Notes under the pieces: model-generated | What the model saw: the letters and a program-made list of their open reading frames with translations, nothing else | Databases searched by the model: none | Told to the model about the DNA's origin: nothing | Shown here: in pieces, positions 18,967-29,659 of the stretch | Layout: each line of letters starts with the position of its first letter | How positions within the stretch are numbered: position 1 is the stretch's first letter | Translations under genes and position numbers: made by a program | Source: Ignavibacteria bacterium | Lineage (GTDB): Bacteria > Bacteroidota > Ignavibacteria > Kapaibacteriales > UBA2268 | DNA length: 64,000 nucleotides | NCBI GenBank assembly: GCA_026417135.1 | Contig: JAOADV010000013.1 | Span: 1,142 to 65,141 of the forward strand | Reading direction: 5' to 3'

Positions 18967-20226
18967 ATGAGAATTTTGTTTAAAAACATAACTTCGTTGG
19001 TGCGGGTAGCTTGTAAAAACGAGAAATTTAAAGTAGGTCCTTCGATGAAGGATGTATGCGAAATCGAAGATGGAGCTTTAATTTTTTCTGACAAAATCGA
19101 ATGGGTCGGTAAAACTCAAGAATTAGAGCAAAAACTTCAAAATCAAGCTTTGAATATCGACGAGGTTTACGATTTAAATGGGAAAACTGTAATTCCTGGT
19201 TTTGTCGATTCTCATACACATTTCGTCTTTGCTGGGGAACGTTCGAACGAATTCGCAAGAAGAATTGCTGGAGCTACTTATCAAGAAATTGCCAGCGAAG
19301 GCGGTGGTATTTTAGAAACAGTCCGAGCAACAAGGAAAGCCAGCGAAGAGGAATTGTTCGAAATGGCATTAAAACGAATTCTCAAAGCTATCGAATATGG
19401 GACAATTGCATTAGAAATAAAGAGCGGTTACGGACTTGAGCTTGAAACAGAATTGAAGATGTTGCGTGTAATTCAACGATTAAAGGAAGCTTTATCCATC
19501 AATATTGTTTCGACTTTTTTAGGGGCGCACGACTTCCCTCCCGAATATAAGAACAATCGTAGTAAATATATCGATTTGATTTGCGAAGAAATGATACCAG
19601 AGGTAGCAAAGCAAGGTTTAGCAACATATTGCGATTGCTTTATCGATAAAGGTTATTATACCATCGACGAAGGACGAAGAATTTTTGAAAAGGCCTTGGA
19701 GTATGGTTTAAAAATACGCTGCCACGCCGACGAACTTGCCGACGTCGGAGCTGCTAAACTTGCTGCGGAAATTGGAGCAATTTCCGCAGACCATCTTCTT
19801 TTCGTTTCGGACGAAAGCTTGCAAGCAATGAAAAACTCAAATACGATTGCAACATTGCTACCCGGAACGTCCTACTTTATAAAAATGCCCTACGCCCCAG
19901 CAAAAAAAATCTATGAATTGAATATCCCAATTGCAATTTCGACAGATTTTAACCCGGGTTCTTGCTTTACTCAAAATATGCAAATCATACTTTCATTTGC
20001 AACTCTAAACTTAGGTCTGACTTGTGAACAAGCGCTTGTTGCTTCGACTTTGAATTCAGCCGCTGCAATTGAAATGTCCGAGAAGGTTGGAAGTTTAGAA
20101 ATTGGTAAAGATGCAACTTTTTTAGTCTTGGATTGTAAATCGTATATCGATTTATTTTACAATTTTGGTATTAACCATATCGAAAGTGTTTGGATACGAG
20201 GTTCAAAGTTTTCATCCAACAAATAA
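18967..20226 (+). CDS. hutI: Imidazolonepropionase
   Basis: PGFVDSHTH, YQEIA..GGGI..TVRATR, EIKSGYGL, FLGAH, HADEL, SADHL, TDFNPG. Confidence 0.96.
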   Translation: MRILFKNITSLVRVACKNEKFKVGPSMKDVCEIEDGALIFSDKIEWVGKTQELEQKLQNQALNIDEVYDLNGKTVIPGFVDSHTHFVFAGERSNEFARRIAGATYQEIASEGGGILETVRATRKASEEELFEMALKRILKAIEYGTIALEIKSGYGLELETELKMLRVIQRLKEALSINIVSTFLGAHDFPPEYKNNRSKYIDLICEEMIPEVAKQGLATYCDCFIDKGYYTIDEGRRIFEKALEYGLKIRCHADELADVGAAKLAAEIGAISADHLLFVSDESLQAMKNSNTIATLLPGTSYFIKMPYAPAKKIYELNIPIAISTDFNPGSCFTQNMQIILSFATLNLGLTCEQALVASTLNSAAAIEMSEKVGSLEIGKDATFLVLDCKSYIDLFYNFGINHIESVWIRGSKFSSNK

Positions 20227-20283
20227 AAACAGACTTTTTTTTCGTTTTCTATTCTTGAACAATTTTTCACTAAGTTTTTTTTG

Positions 20284-20291
20284 TAACTTTG
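20284..20291 (+). promoter_or_regulatory. Possible FCB-type -7 promoter element (TAnnTTTG) upstream of the ACIII operon
   Basis: TAACTTTG lies about 33 bp upstream of the actA start. No clear -33 element was found. Confidence 0.35.
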
Positions 20292-20323
20292 CAATTTTAT
20301 AATTTATGATAACAGCGAGGTAG

Positions 20324-20899
20324 GTGGTGTTAAAATCTCAACTTGATTATATCTTAAAGGTAAGAGTTCCTATAGCCGCTTTCGTTGTTGTTGTTACATA
20401 CATTATCACTTTTTTTGTTTCCAAACCTGAACGGGATGGTGTGGGTTATGCCCCCGAGCAACCAATTAACTTCTCTCATAAGTTGCACGCTGGCGATATG
20501 CAAATTGATTGTAAATATTGCCACATAGGAGTCGAAAAGGGTAGGTTTGCTACGATTCCTTCGACAAATATTTGTATGGGCTGCCATAGTGTCGCGCGAA
20601 AGGACAAACCGGAAATTATTAGACTTTCGCAAATGTTTATGGACAATATCCCAATAAAATGGAAACGCATCCATCGGCTCGGCGATTTTGCATACTTCAA
20701 CCATAGCGTCCATATTAATAAAGGAATCGAATGCAAATATTGCCACGGCGAAGTCGAAAAAATGGATGTGGTTCAACAAGTCCATCGACTTACAATGGGG
20801 GCTTGCTTGGATTGTCACCGTAATCCACATAAGAATATGCCCGATTTGAAAGCCCAAGTTAGCAAAGGTCCAGAATACTGTGGCTCTTGTCATAGATAA
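20324..20899 (+). CDS. actA: Alternative complex III pentaheme cytochrome c subunit ActA
   Basis: N-terminal TM helix; five CxxCH motifs (CKYCH, CMGCH, CKYCH, CLDCH, CGSCH); QPINFSHKLH; FNHSVH. Confidence 0.93.
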   Translation: MVLKSQLDYILKVRVPIAAFVVVVTYIITFFVSKPERDGVGYAPEQPINFSHKLHAGDMQIDCKYCHIGVEKGRFATIPSTNICMGCHSVARKDKPEIIRLSQMFMDNIPIKWKRIHRLGDFAYFNHSVHINKGIECKYCHGEVEKMDVVQQVHRLTMGACLDCHRNPHKNMPDLKAQVSKGPEYCGSCHR

Positions 20900-20901
20900 G
20901 T

Positions 20902-21102
20902 ATGTTTAAATCCCTGAAAAATATGAAAGATAAAGGTTTATTTAGAAGGTCTTTTGTAAAAAATCTTGGTATTTCAAGTATAACTGCCTATTTGTTTCCA
21001 AAGTTGATAGGAGAGGTCAATCGTCGAATCGATAAAGAAGTTGGGGGCAACTTAACTATCAAAATTCATCCAAATGCTGTTCAAAGAAATAAGAAAGGCT
21101 GA
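20902..21102 (+). CDS. Small hypothetical protein with a twin-arginine-like motif, inside the ACIII operon
   Basis: Fills the actA-actB gap with 2-nt spacers on each side; FRRSFVK motif followed by a short hydrophobic stretch. Confidence 0.6.
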   Translation: MFKSLKNMKDKGLFRRSFVKNLGISSITAYLFPKLIGEVNRRIDKEVGGNLTIKIHPNAVQRNKKG

Positions 21103-21104
21103 AT

Positions 21105-24100
21105 ATGGAAGATAAGAGATATTGGAAGTTTTTCGATGAATTACAAGATACAGCAAAGAGCGAAAAGTTAAAACAAGAAGAATTTCCCGAAGGATTAAAA
21201 AGCGACAAAGGTTTTGAGCAAACGCAAGGAATTAATCGGCGTAAATTTTTAGCTTTGACTGCCAGCACAGCTGCAATATTTGCAACCGCTTGTTCGGATT
21301 ATCGAGACAAAGGCTCCATTGTTCCATACAACCAGCAACCAGAAAATATACAAATCGGAAAACCAAACTTTTATGCCTCAACTTGCACAAGTTGCTTAAA
21401 TCATTGTGGAATTTTGATTAAAACACGCGAAGGAAGGCCACTTAAAATCGATGGAAACCCAGACCATCCAATAAATAAAGGTAAAATATGCCCGATTGGG
21501 CAAGCTTCGATTCTTAATCTTTATCACCCAGAACGACTTAGGAAGCCATTAAAAAAGAACGGAAAATCATTTAATGAATTAAATTGGAATACGCTTTTCA
21601 CCGAGATTTTAGCTTCGTTAGAAAAAGCGAGTAATAATGGAAAAATTGTTGCAATACTTTCGCAACCAATCTTTTCCCCAACTTTTGTGAAGTTAATTTA
21701 TATGTTCCAAGCTAAATATCCAACAACAAAAGTTTATACATATTCGTATCTCGAAAGTTATTCGAAAGAACAAGCTTGGGAAGAATTCTATCCTAAGGCT
21801 AAATTGTCGGAGTTCGACTTTTCACGTGCAAATGTAATTTTGGCAATAGAAAGTAACTTTCTTGCTAACGAAGGTAATTTCGTACGTAATATTCAAGATT
21901 TTGTTTCAAAACGCGATATCAATCGCCCAAATGAATTTAGTCGATTTTACTCAGTAGAGACCGATTTAAGTCTAACCGGAGCAAATGCAGATTATAGGAT
22001 ACCTTTGAAAGCTGATTTCCATTACGAATTCCTTGCTACTCTTTTAAATGAGCTTCTAAAAAGAGATTTAAACTACAACCGGGCAATTGTCGAAAAAATA
22101 CAAGGGAAATTTAGTAGGTTCAACTTAGAAGATTTTGCTTCGAAAGCTGGCGTCGATATTAAGTTAGTTAGGAATTTAATAGACGACCTTATACAAAACA
22201 AAGGAAAAACGGCGGTTATCGCAGGCGATTCTCACTTTTACGAAGTACATTTATTGTGCTTATTAATTAATGAAGTCTTAGGTAATTCAAGTATATATAG
22301 AATATGTCCACAACCATCGTTACCAAAGTCCAAACTCTTCGAAATAGAAGAATTGGTAACTTTAATGAATCAAGGCAAAGTCGGGGTCCTTTTCAATTTG
22401 GATACCAACCCAGTTTTTCACTTCCCATCGGATTTAGGTTTCGAAAATGCCCTTTCAAAAGTTGAAAGTGTCGTTTCGTTTGTTGAATTCGAAAGCGAAA
22501 CAGCAAATCGGTCTCATTACATTGTCCCAATATCACACAATTTCGAATCTTGGGGCGATTACTACGATGGAATAGGTTTATTTTCTACAATTCAACCAGT
22601 TATCGAACCTTTGTTTGGCACATATCAAAAGGAGGATTTTCTCCTTTCTCTTGTCCAAAATAAGCTTGAAAGAGGGATTTATCACAAATATCTTAAGTCG
22701 AACTGGCAAGAAAGTTACTTTTCGCAAGAAAAATATGCTGTAGATTTCGAAAAATTTTGGCATTCTGTCTTGCACGATGGAACATTCGAATTGAAACAGA
22801 CATTGATTAACGATTATACTCCAAACTTTGAACTTTTCGATAAGATTGAACATCGATTTGGAACAAAAGATTGGGTTTTAGTAATTAAAAAACCATACTT
22901 TATCGGGGATGGTAAGTTCTTAAACAATGGATGGTTAAACGAATTGCCCCACCCAATAACAAAAGTAACTTGGGATAATTACGCTGGTATTTCGCAATCT
23001 GATGCAAATCGGCTCGGATTGAAAAATGGCGACATCGTCGAGCTTGGCTATGGAAAAAGTAAATTGGAAATTCCGATTTTCGTCGTTCCCGGAATTCCAA
23101 GTAGCAGTGTTGTTATCGAAGCTGGCTTTGGCAGAAAAGAATCGGGTATTGTTGCGGAAAATGTCGGGTTCTACGTTGGGAAAATTCTACAATTCGAAAC
23201 TACGAAAAAGGGATATATTTTCGAGAAAATTTCATTAAATAAAATTAATAAGTCTTACCAAATTGCTACGACTGTCGAACATCATTCTTTGAACGACACT
23301 TTTTACAGTGAATTGCATAAAAAGAGGCATATAATACAAGAAGGTTTGTTGGAAGATTATAAGAATGGGAAGTATCATATACATCGACCACACGAGTTGA
23401 AATCGATTGTCCCCGAAATTAAATATACCGATGTAAAGTGGGCAATGGTTATCGATATGAATAAGTGCGTTGGTTGTGGGGCTTGTATTATGGCTTGCAA
23501 TGTTGAAAATAATATACCAGTTGTTGGGAAAGACCAAGTATTAAGAAGTCGCGAGATGCAATGGATAAGAGTCGATACTTATTTCAGTGGTACAGCTGAA
23601 AATCCGGAAGTGAGTTTCCAAACTATGCTTTGTCAACATTGCGACGACGCCCCGTGCGAAAATGTATGCCCAGTTGTTGCTACTGTCCATAGTAGCGATG
23701 GCCTTAACTTAATGGTCTATAATCGTTGTGTTGGTACACGTTATTGTTCGAATAACTGCCCTTACAAGGTGCGTCGATTTAATTTCTTTGATTTTCGAAG
23801 CCATTTCAAAAATGGGTTGCTTTACAAGGACACATACAAATTGGCAAACAACCCCGAAGTTACCGTTCGTTCCCGTGGTGTTATGGAAAAATGCACTTTT
23901 TGCATTCAACGAATCACCGAAGCCCGACACCAAGCTATTGCCGAAAACAAACCTTTAAGGGGAAACGGTGTTAGAACTGCTTGCCAAGAGGCTTGTCCAG
24001 CTAATGCAATAACTTTTGGCGATATGAACGACAAGGAGTCAGAACTTTATCAACTAAGAAATCATAAACTTGGCTACTATGTTCTCGAAGAATTAAATGT

Positions 24101-24161
24101 TAAACCAAATGTAACATACATTGCAAAATTAAGGAACAAAAAGTCGGAGGTGGGTGCGTGA
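21105..24161 (+). CDS. actB: Alternative complex III subunit ActB (molybdopterin-oxidoreductase-like plus Fe-S domain)
   Basis: Tat motif [33 protein letters not shown]; Fe-S motifs [43 protein letters not shown]. Confidence 0.95.
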   Translation: MEDKRYWKFFDELQDTAKSEKLKQEEFPEGLKSDKGFEQTQGINRRKFLALTASTAAIFATACSDYRDKGSIVPYNQQPENIQIGKPNFYASTCTSCLNHCGILIKTREGRPLKIDGNPDHPINKGKICPIGQASILNLYHPERLRKPLKKNGKSFNELNWNTLFTEILASLEKASNNGKIVAILSQPIFSPTFVKLIYMFQAKYPTTKVYTYSYLESYSKEQAWEEFYPKAKLSEFDFSRANVILAIESNFLANEGNFVRNIQDFVSKRDINRPNEFSRFYSVETDLSLTGANADYRIPLKADFHYEFLATLLNELLKRDLNYNRAIVEKIQGKFSRFNLEDFASKAGVDIKLVRNLIDDLIQNKGKTAVIAGDSHFYEVHLLCLLINEVLGNSSIYRICPQPSLPKSKLFEIEELVTLMNQGKVGVLFNLDTNPVFHFPSDLGFENALSKVESVVSFVEFESETANRSHYIVPISHNFESWGDYYDGIGLFSTIQPVIEPLFGTYQKEDFLLSLVQNKLERGIYHKYLKSNWQESYFSQEKYAVDFEKFWHSVLHDGTFELKQTLINDYTPNFELFDKIEHRFGTKDWVLVIKKPYFIGDGKFLNNGWLNELPHPITKVTWDNYAGISQSDANRLGLKNGDIVELGYGKSKLEIPIFVVPGIPSSSVVIEAGFGRKESGIVAENVGFYVGKILQFETTKKGYIFEKISLNKINKSYQIATTVEHHSLNDTFYSELHKKRHIIQEGLLEDYKNGKYHIHRPHELKSIVPEIKYTDVKWAMVIDMNKCVGCGACIMACNVENNIPVVGKDQVLRSREMQWIRVDTYFSGTAENPEVSFQTMLCQHCDDAPCENVCPVVATVHSSDGLNLMVYNRCVGTRYCSNNCPYKVRRFNFFDFRSHFKNGLLYKDTYKLANNPEVTVRSRGVMEKCTFCIQRITEARHQAIAENKPLRGNGVRTACQEACPANAITFGDMNDKESELYQLRNHKLGYYVLEELNVKPNVTYIAKLRNKKSEVGA

Positions 24162-25519
24162 GTAGAGATTATGATTACACCATAGAAGCTCCAATAATAG
24201 AGCAAAATCCCTCGCATTCGCATATCAACGATGCAATAGCAAGACCACTCGAAACGAAACCAACTTGGAAATATTACCTTGCCTTGGGGATTTCGACTTC
24301 TATGCTTCTTTTCGGGGTAGTATGCTGGGGCTACACATTTTATTATGGTATTGGTATGTGGGGCAATAACCAACCGATTGGTTGGGCGTTCGACATTGTA
24401 AATTTTGTCTTTTGGATTGGTATTGGACATGCTGGAACACTTATTTCAGCAATTTTGTTTTTGCTTAGGCAACGTTGGCGAACTGGTATAGCAAGGTTTG
24501 CAGAGGCAATGACAATTTTTGCTGTTATTACTGCTGGTCTTTTTCCATTATTTCACGTCGGACGACCTTGGTTGGCTGGGTATCTGTTCCCACTTCCAAA
24601 TCAACATCATCTTTGGATTAATTTTACTTCTCCTCTTATTTGGGATGTTTTCGCAGTTTCTACTTACCTCACGGTCTCTTTCGTTTTTTGGTACATTGGT
24701 CTTATCCCCGATTTTGCAATGCTTCGCGATAGAACAACAAACAAATTTAAAAAGACTATATACTCGATATTAAGCTTTGGATGGAGGCATTCTAATCGAC
24801 ATTGGCATCATTACGAAATGCTTTATCTGGTTTTAGCTGGATTTGCAACCCCACTGGTCCTTTCAGTTCATACGATAGTCAGCTTCGACTTTGCAGTTTC
24901 AATCTTGCCGGGGTGGCACACCACAATTTTCCCACCTTATTTTGTTGCTGGGGCAGTATTTTCTGGTTTTGGAATGGTCCAAAATGTTTTAATAATAATA
25001 CGAAAGGTCTTCGACTTAGAACATATAATTACTATCGACACGCTCGAAAAAATGAACAAGGTAATTCTTGCGACTGGTATGATGGTCGGGTATGCTTATG
25101 CTATAGAATTTTTCATCGCTTGGTATAGCGGAAATCAATTCGAGTCGTTCGTATTTATCAACAGAGCCTTAGGCAATTATGCTTGGGCTTATTGGGTTAT
25201 GGTTTCTTGCAATGTCGTTTTTACTCAATTATTCTGGTTTAAGAAAATTCGTCGGAGCATTATCCCAATGTTTATTATTGGAGTTCTTGTCAATGTCGGT
25301 ATGTGGTTCGAAAGATTCGTTATCGTCGTAACAACATTGTCGAAGGACTTTTTGCCGACAAATTGGGCTTCCTACATACCAACTCTTTACGATACGGGAA
25401 TATTAATTGGAAGCTTCGGACTTTTCTTTACTCTTGTAATTCTTTTTATTAGGACAATGCCAGTGGTTTCGATTTCCGAAGTTAAAGGTGTTGTCGAGAT
25501 TTTTAAAAAACAACACTAA
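24158..25519 (+). CDS. actC: Alternative complex III quinol-binding subunit ActC (NrfD family)
   Basis: [59 protein letters not shown]. Confidence 0.96.
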   Translation: MSRDYDYTIEAPIIEQNPSHSHINDAIARPLETKPTWKYYLALGISTSMLLFGVVCWGYTFYYGIGMWGNNQPIGWAFDIVNFVFWIGIGHAGTLISAILFLLRQRWRTGIARFAEAMTIFAVITAGLFPLFHVGRPWLAGYLFPLPNQHHLWINFTSPLIWDVFAVSTYLTVSFVFWYIGLIPDFAMLRDRTTNKFKKTIYSILSFGWRHSNRHWHHYEMLYLVLAGFATPLVLSVHTIVSFDFAVSILPGWHTTIFPPYFVAGAVFSGFGMVQNVLIIIRKVFDLEHIITIDTLEKMNKVILATGMMVGYAYAIEFFIAWYSGNQFESFVFINRALGNYAWAYWVMVSCNVVFTQLFWFKKIRRSIIPMFIIGVLVNVGMWFERFVIVVTTLSKDFLPTNWASYIPTLYDTGILIGSFGLFFTLVILFIRTMPVVSISEVKGVVEIFKKQH

Positions 25520-25528
25520 GAGGTTCCG

Positions 25529-26680
25529 ATGGAAGCAAACAGTTTAAAAAGTAACTTATACGGAGTTTCTGCAATTTTTAGCGATACAAAGAAAATCGCC
25601 GAAATTACTCATAAAGTTGCAGAACTTGGTTATAAAAACTACGATGTTCATTCCTCTTTTCCGATTCACAATCTCCCTAAGAAAATGAAACTTAAATGGT
25701 CCCCCCTTGGGTATATTGCTTTTGTTCTTGGAATAAGTGGGGCGGCGTTCGGTTTGTTCCTTACTTGGTGGACAATGTCGGTGGACTATCCTTTAATTAT
25801 TGGTGGAAAGCCCTGGTTCTCCTTTCCCGCTTTTGTTCCAGTTTTATTTGAACTAACGGTTCTTCTTGCTTCTGTTGGTACTGCGATAGTAATGCTTTTT
25901 ATTATTTTTAAATTTCCAAATCCTAAACATCCATTGCACGATACCGAATATATGAAAAGGGTATCGGTCGATGGGTTTGGAATTGTTATCGAGGCAAAAG
26001 ATGAAAAATTCGATTACGAGAAAATACGGTCACTTTTTTCTGAGTTCGGCGCCGAGAAAATCTTCGATATTTATTATTCTCCCGAAGAATTGAACTACAA
26101 GCCAAAAGTATTCGAGCCAAAGTTTATCGTCTTTCTCATTTTCCTCGTTGTTCTTACTGCCTTCATAGGATATTTCGTTAATAATAAGCTTTTCTATATG
26201 CCACCATTCGACTTTATGCTTTATCAATTTCGAGTTAATCCGCAAGAAGAATCTACTCTTTTCGCCGATGGTTTTGCTATGCGTCCGCCAGTGAAAGGCA
26301 CAGTTGCTCGCGGTCAAAGCTTCTATCAATTTAAAGGACAACCAGAAGAGGCTGCTGCGAATTTGATTAATCCACTTCTTCCTACTGAACAAACGCTTGC
26401 TCTTGGGCAAAAAAAGTTTAATACTTTTTGTAGTCCTTGCCACGGTTGGCGAGGTGAAGGTGATAGCCGACTTAATCAGCAATTTCCAAATCCACCATCT
26501 TTACATACAGACAAAGTCAGAAATTGGACTGATGGAAGAATTTACCATATAATAACCGAAGGACAAAACATTATGCCTTCCTATGCCTCGCAACTTTCCG
26601 AAGAAGAACGTTGGGCAATAATTTTATATATTCGAGCTCTACAACGCTCTTTAAATGCTAAACTGGAGGACGTTCAATGA
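25529..26680 (+). CDS. actDE: Fused ActD (DUF3341)-ActE (monoheme cytochrome c)
   Basis: N-terminal half has SSFPIH, DYPLIIGGKP, FELTVL. C-terminal half has MRPPVKGTVARG, CSPCH, MPSYA, ERWAII.YIRALQ. Confidence 0.9.
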   Translation: MEANSLKSNLYGVSAIFSDTKKIAEITHKVAELGYKNYDVHSSFPIHNLPKKMKLKWSPLGYIAFVLGISGAAFGLFLTWWTMSVDYPLIIGGKPWFSFPAFVPVLFELTVLLASVGTAIVMLFIIFKFPNPKHPLHDTEYMKRVSVDGFGIVIEAKDEKFDYEKIRSLFSEFGAEKIFDIYYSPEELNYKPKVFEPKFIVFLIFLVVLTAFIGYFVNNKLFYMPPFDFMLYQFRVNPQEESTLFADGFAMRPPVKGTVARGQSFYQFKGQPEEAAANLINPLLPTEQTLALGQKKFNTFCSPCHGWRGEGDSRLNQQFPNPPSLHTDKVRNWTDGRIYHIITEGQNIMPSYASQLSEEERWAIILYIRALQRSLNAKLEDVQ

Positions 26681-27870
26681 CAACATCTTCTGATAATGCT
26701 GTTAATTATGTCAGAAAAACACAAAACCCTAAGTTCCTAACTTTAAGTTTACCGATTTTTGCTATTGGTCTTTTAGGTCTCGTTGCTGGGTTCATCGTTA
26801 ATCCAACACAAGCAAGTTTCAATTTAGTTGTCATAATGGCTTGGTTGTTAAGTATTGGTGTGGGCTCGATGTTTTTCATTGGAATTGAATACCTTAGTGG
26901 AGCCGTATGGAGTGTCCCTTTTCGTAGAATAGCCGAAATAAATTCCTCCTTGATTTTAATAATGCCAATACTTGCAATTCCAATAATTTTAAATATTCAT
27001 TCATTATATCATTGGACACATCAAGATGTTTTGGCAACAGACGAGATTCTACAGAGAAAGTCTCCCTATCTAAACGAAACTTTTTTCATTATTCGCAATA
27101 TCATTTATTACGCTGTATGGGTCATCTTTTACTTTTTATTAACTTACTTTTCTAATAAGCAGGACCTTACAAAAGACCAGCAACTTACTCGCCGCAACAC
27201 AGTCGTTTCGGCTATTTTTATGCCTTTTTTTGCTTTGACATTGACCTTCTTTGCAATTGATTGGCTGATGAGCTTGGAACCACATTGGTATTCGACAATT
27301 TTTGGGGTTTACTATTTTTCGGGGACTGTTCTCGCTGCTATTTCAGCCTTTACTTACATTTCTATAAAATTGAACGAAGAAGGCTATCTCGTCGATAATT
27401 TAAAACCCGACCATTTTTACAGTATGGGAGCTTTGCTTTTTGCTTTCACAAATTTCTGGGCTTACATTGCTTTTAGCCAGTTTATGCTAATTTGGTACGC
27501 AAATTTACCAGAAGAAACCTTTTGGTTTATCAATCGTGGAGTTGGTAGTTGGCTTTATATGTCGATAGGTATTATTTTCGTTAAATTTATAGTTCCATAT
27601 ATATTACTTTTACCACAGCCAGCAAAGATGAACCCATCGCGTCTGAAATTTGCCTCACTTTGGATTCTTTTCGCCCATTATTATGATTTGTTCTGGATTG
27701 TTATGCCAACTTTCAGTAAGGAACGATTAATTTTTGGCTGGATTGAAATTGCTTCTGTTGTTTTTGCTGTTGGAACTATTATGGCAATTTTCCTACTATT
27801 TAGCAAAAATCGTAATCTGGTGCCAATTGGAGACCCCAAGCTTAAAAGAAGTTTGGAATTTCATTTGTAA
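26677..27870 (+). CDS. actF: Alternative complex III subunit ActF
   Basis: WSVPFRRIAE, DWLMSLEPHWYSTIFG, FWAYIAFSQFMLIWYANLPEE. Confidence 0.94.
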   Translation: MTTSSDNAVNYVRKTQNPKFLTLSLPIFAIGLLGLVAGFIVNPTQASFNLVVIMAWLLSIGVGSMFFIGIEYLSGAVWSVPFRRIAEINSSLILIMPILAIPIILNIHSLYHWTHQDVLATDEILQRKSPYLNETFFIIRNIIYYAVWVIFYFLLTYFSNKQDLTKDQQLTRRNTVVSAIFMPFFALTLTFFAIDWLMSLEPHWYSTIFGVYYFSGTVLAAISAFTYISIKLNEEGYLVDNLKPDHFYSMGALLFAFTNFWAYIAFSQFMLIWYANLPEETFWFINRGVGSWLYMSIGIIFVKFIVPYILLLPQPAKMNPSRLKFASLWILFAHYYDLFWIVMPTFSKERLIFGWIEIASVVFAVGTIMAIFLLFSKNRNLVPIGDPKLKRSLEFHL

Positions 27871-27942
27871 GTAAAATAAAGAAAAAAAATTTGCGTTATT
27901 TTACATTAATTTTTGATTTAACTAAATTTATAATAAAACAAA

Positions 27943-28866
27943 ATGAAACCACTTTTCGATTTCTTTGAAGATGAAATTAATTTTAAAGAAGTTTTCAAGC
28001 ACCCGACCCGCTGGTTTGGGTATATCTTTATCTACTTTGCTTTAATAATTCTTGCACTTGGAATTGCTTACCTAAACGATGTTGACCTTCTCAAAAGAAA
28101 TGTAACGCCTTACAGCGAACCCGACCCAGCAAAGTTATTCCAAGATGTGGAATTAAGTCCCGGCAAAACTGTCGAAGGTGTTTCTTTGGATGAAATAAAG
28201 ACCCCAAATAACGAATTAATTGCACGCGGAGAAGAACTTTATCGGACAACTTGTCAATCTTGCCATGGCGAAAGCGGTAAAGGCGATGGGATTGCAAGTA
28301 TTGGCTTGAACCCCTCGCCAAAGGATTTTACAAAATCGGAAGGATGGAAAAACGGAAGGACAATAACACAAGTGTTCAAGACTTTGCAAGAAGGTATTCC
28401 GGGGAGTGCAATGGTTTCGTATAGTTATCTTAGCACAAAGGATAAAATTGCGTTATACTACTATATTTCAAGATTTGGGCAAGACTTTCCCAAGCCAACA
28501 GACTCCGATTTCGCTGAACTTGATGCAATTTATCAAATAACACAAACAAAGGTGTTGCCACCAACAATTCCTATTCCCTTGGCAATTCAAAAGATTTCGA
28601 ACGAAGCTGGGCAAAAACAGACGGAAAAAGACTTTCTTGCTAAATCTATTTCAAACACACTTTACCCCGATTACACTAAGTTTATCGATAGTCCCGATAA
28701 GCTTGCAACTTTCCTTACAAACTTGGATAATAAAAAAGACCTGCAATTTCTAAGAGACATTGTTTTGCAAAATATCCCGGGAAACGGTGTGAGTGTCTCT
28801 TTTGTATATGCCAATAAAGAAGAAAAAGATAAATTTATCGCCTCTTTAACTAAAATCTTTCAATGA
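27943..28866 (+). CDS. Membrane-anchored monoheme cytochrome c with C-terminal extension
   Basis: One N-terminal TM helix, CQSCHGESGKGDG, GIPGSAM axial Met. Confidence 0.88.
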   Translation: MKPLFDFFEDEINFKEVFKHPTRWFGYIFIYFALIILALGIAYLNDVDLLKRNVTPYSEPDPAKLFQDVELSPGKTVEGVSLDEIKTPNNELIARGEELYRTTCQSCHGESGKGDGIASIGLNPSPKDFTKSEGWKNGRTITQVFKTLQEGIPGSAMVSYSYLSTKDKIALYYYISRFGQDFPKPTDSDFAELDAIYQITQTKVLPPTIPIPLAIQKISNEAGQKQTEKDFLAKSISNTLYPDYTKFIDSPDKLATFLTNLDNKKDLQFLRDIVLQNIPGNGVSVSFVYANKEEKDKFIASLTKIFQ

Positions 28867-28867
28867 T

Positions 28868-29659
28868 ATGTTTGGATTTATTTTAAATATAGTATTAGTG
28901 ATTTTTATTTTAACCTATCCTTTAAAAAACTTCGCAAATCCCGAAGTTGGGATTGTCGAAAAACTTGGCAACCAAATTCCATTAGATTTAGTTTTCAAGG
29001 ATGAAAGCGGGAATACTGTAAGTCTCCGAGAAATAATAAAAAAACCGACATTGTTGATGTTTGTGTATTATCGGTGCCCCGGGATTTGTAGTCCATTGTT
29101 ATCTGGTGTATCCGAAGCAGTCGATTGGACTGATTTAACGCCAGGTGTGGATTACCAATTACTCACAATAAGTTTCGACCATACTGAAACTTCGGACAAG
29201 GCAAGAAAATGGAAGAAGAACCATCTCGAAGGATTAGAAAAGAAAATCGACGAGAATGCTTGGAAATTTCTTGTTGGGGATAGTGTATCTATAAGAAAAT
29301 TGACAGATGCAGTCGGTTTCTACTTCAAACCAGATGGCAAAGGTGAATATATACATGCGGGAGCAATTTATTCCATTTCCACAGATGGCAAAATTATTCG
29401 ATATCTTTTTGGAACTCAATTCAATCCATTCGATTTTAAGATGGCAATACTCGAAGCGGAAAAAGGAATTGCAATGCCAACCGTAAATCGTATTTTAAAG
29501 TTTTGTTATTCTTTCGACCCCGAAGGCAGACGCTATGTTTTCAATTTTACACGAGTTATTGGAAGCATAATGCTTGTTGCTCTTGCAATTTTTGCTGTTA
29601 TTCTTATAACTTCAAGAAAAAAGGAAAAAAGAGAGGTTTCAAATGTCGAACGAAACTAA
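28868..29659 (+). CDS. SCO/SenC copper chaperone
   Basis: YYRCPGIC (CxxxC), conserved His in YIHAG, C-terminal TM helix. Confidence 0.92.
   Translation: MFGFILNIVLVIFILTYPLKNFANPEVGIVEKLGNQIPLDLVFKDESGNTVSLREIIKKPTLLMFVYYRCPGICSPLLSGVSEAVDWTDLTPGVDYQLLTISFDHTETSDKARKWKKNHLEGLEKKIDENAWKFLVGDSVSIRKLTDAVGFYFKPDGKGEYIHAGAIYSISTDGKIIRYLFGTQFNPFDFKMAILEAEKGIAMPTVNRILKFCYSFDPEGRRYVFNFTRVIGSIMLVALAIFAVILITSRKKEKREVSNVERN

Noticed and set aside
21105..24161. Catalytic molybdoenzyme
   Set aside because: Its position between actA and actC and its domain layout identify ActB, which is not known to bind a Mo cofactor.
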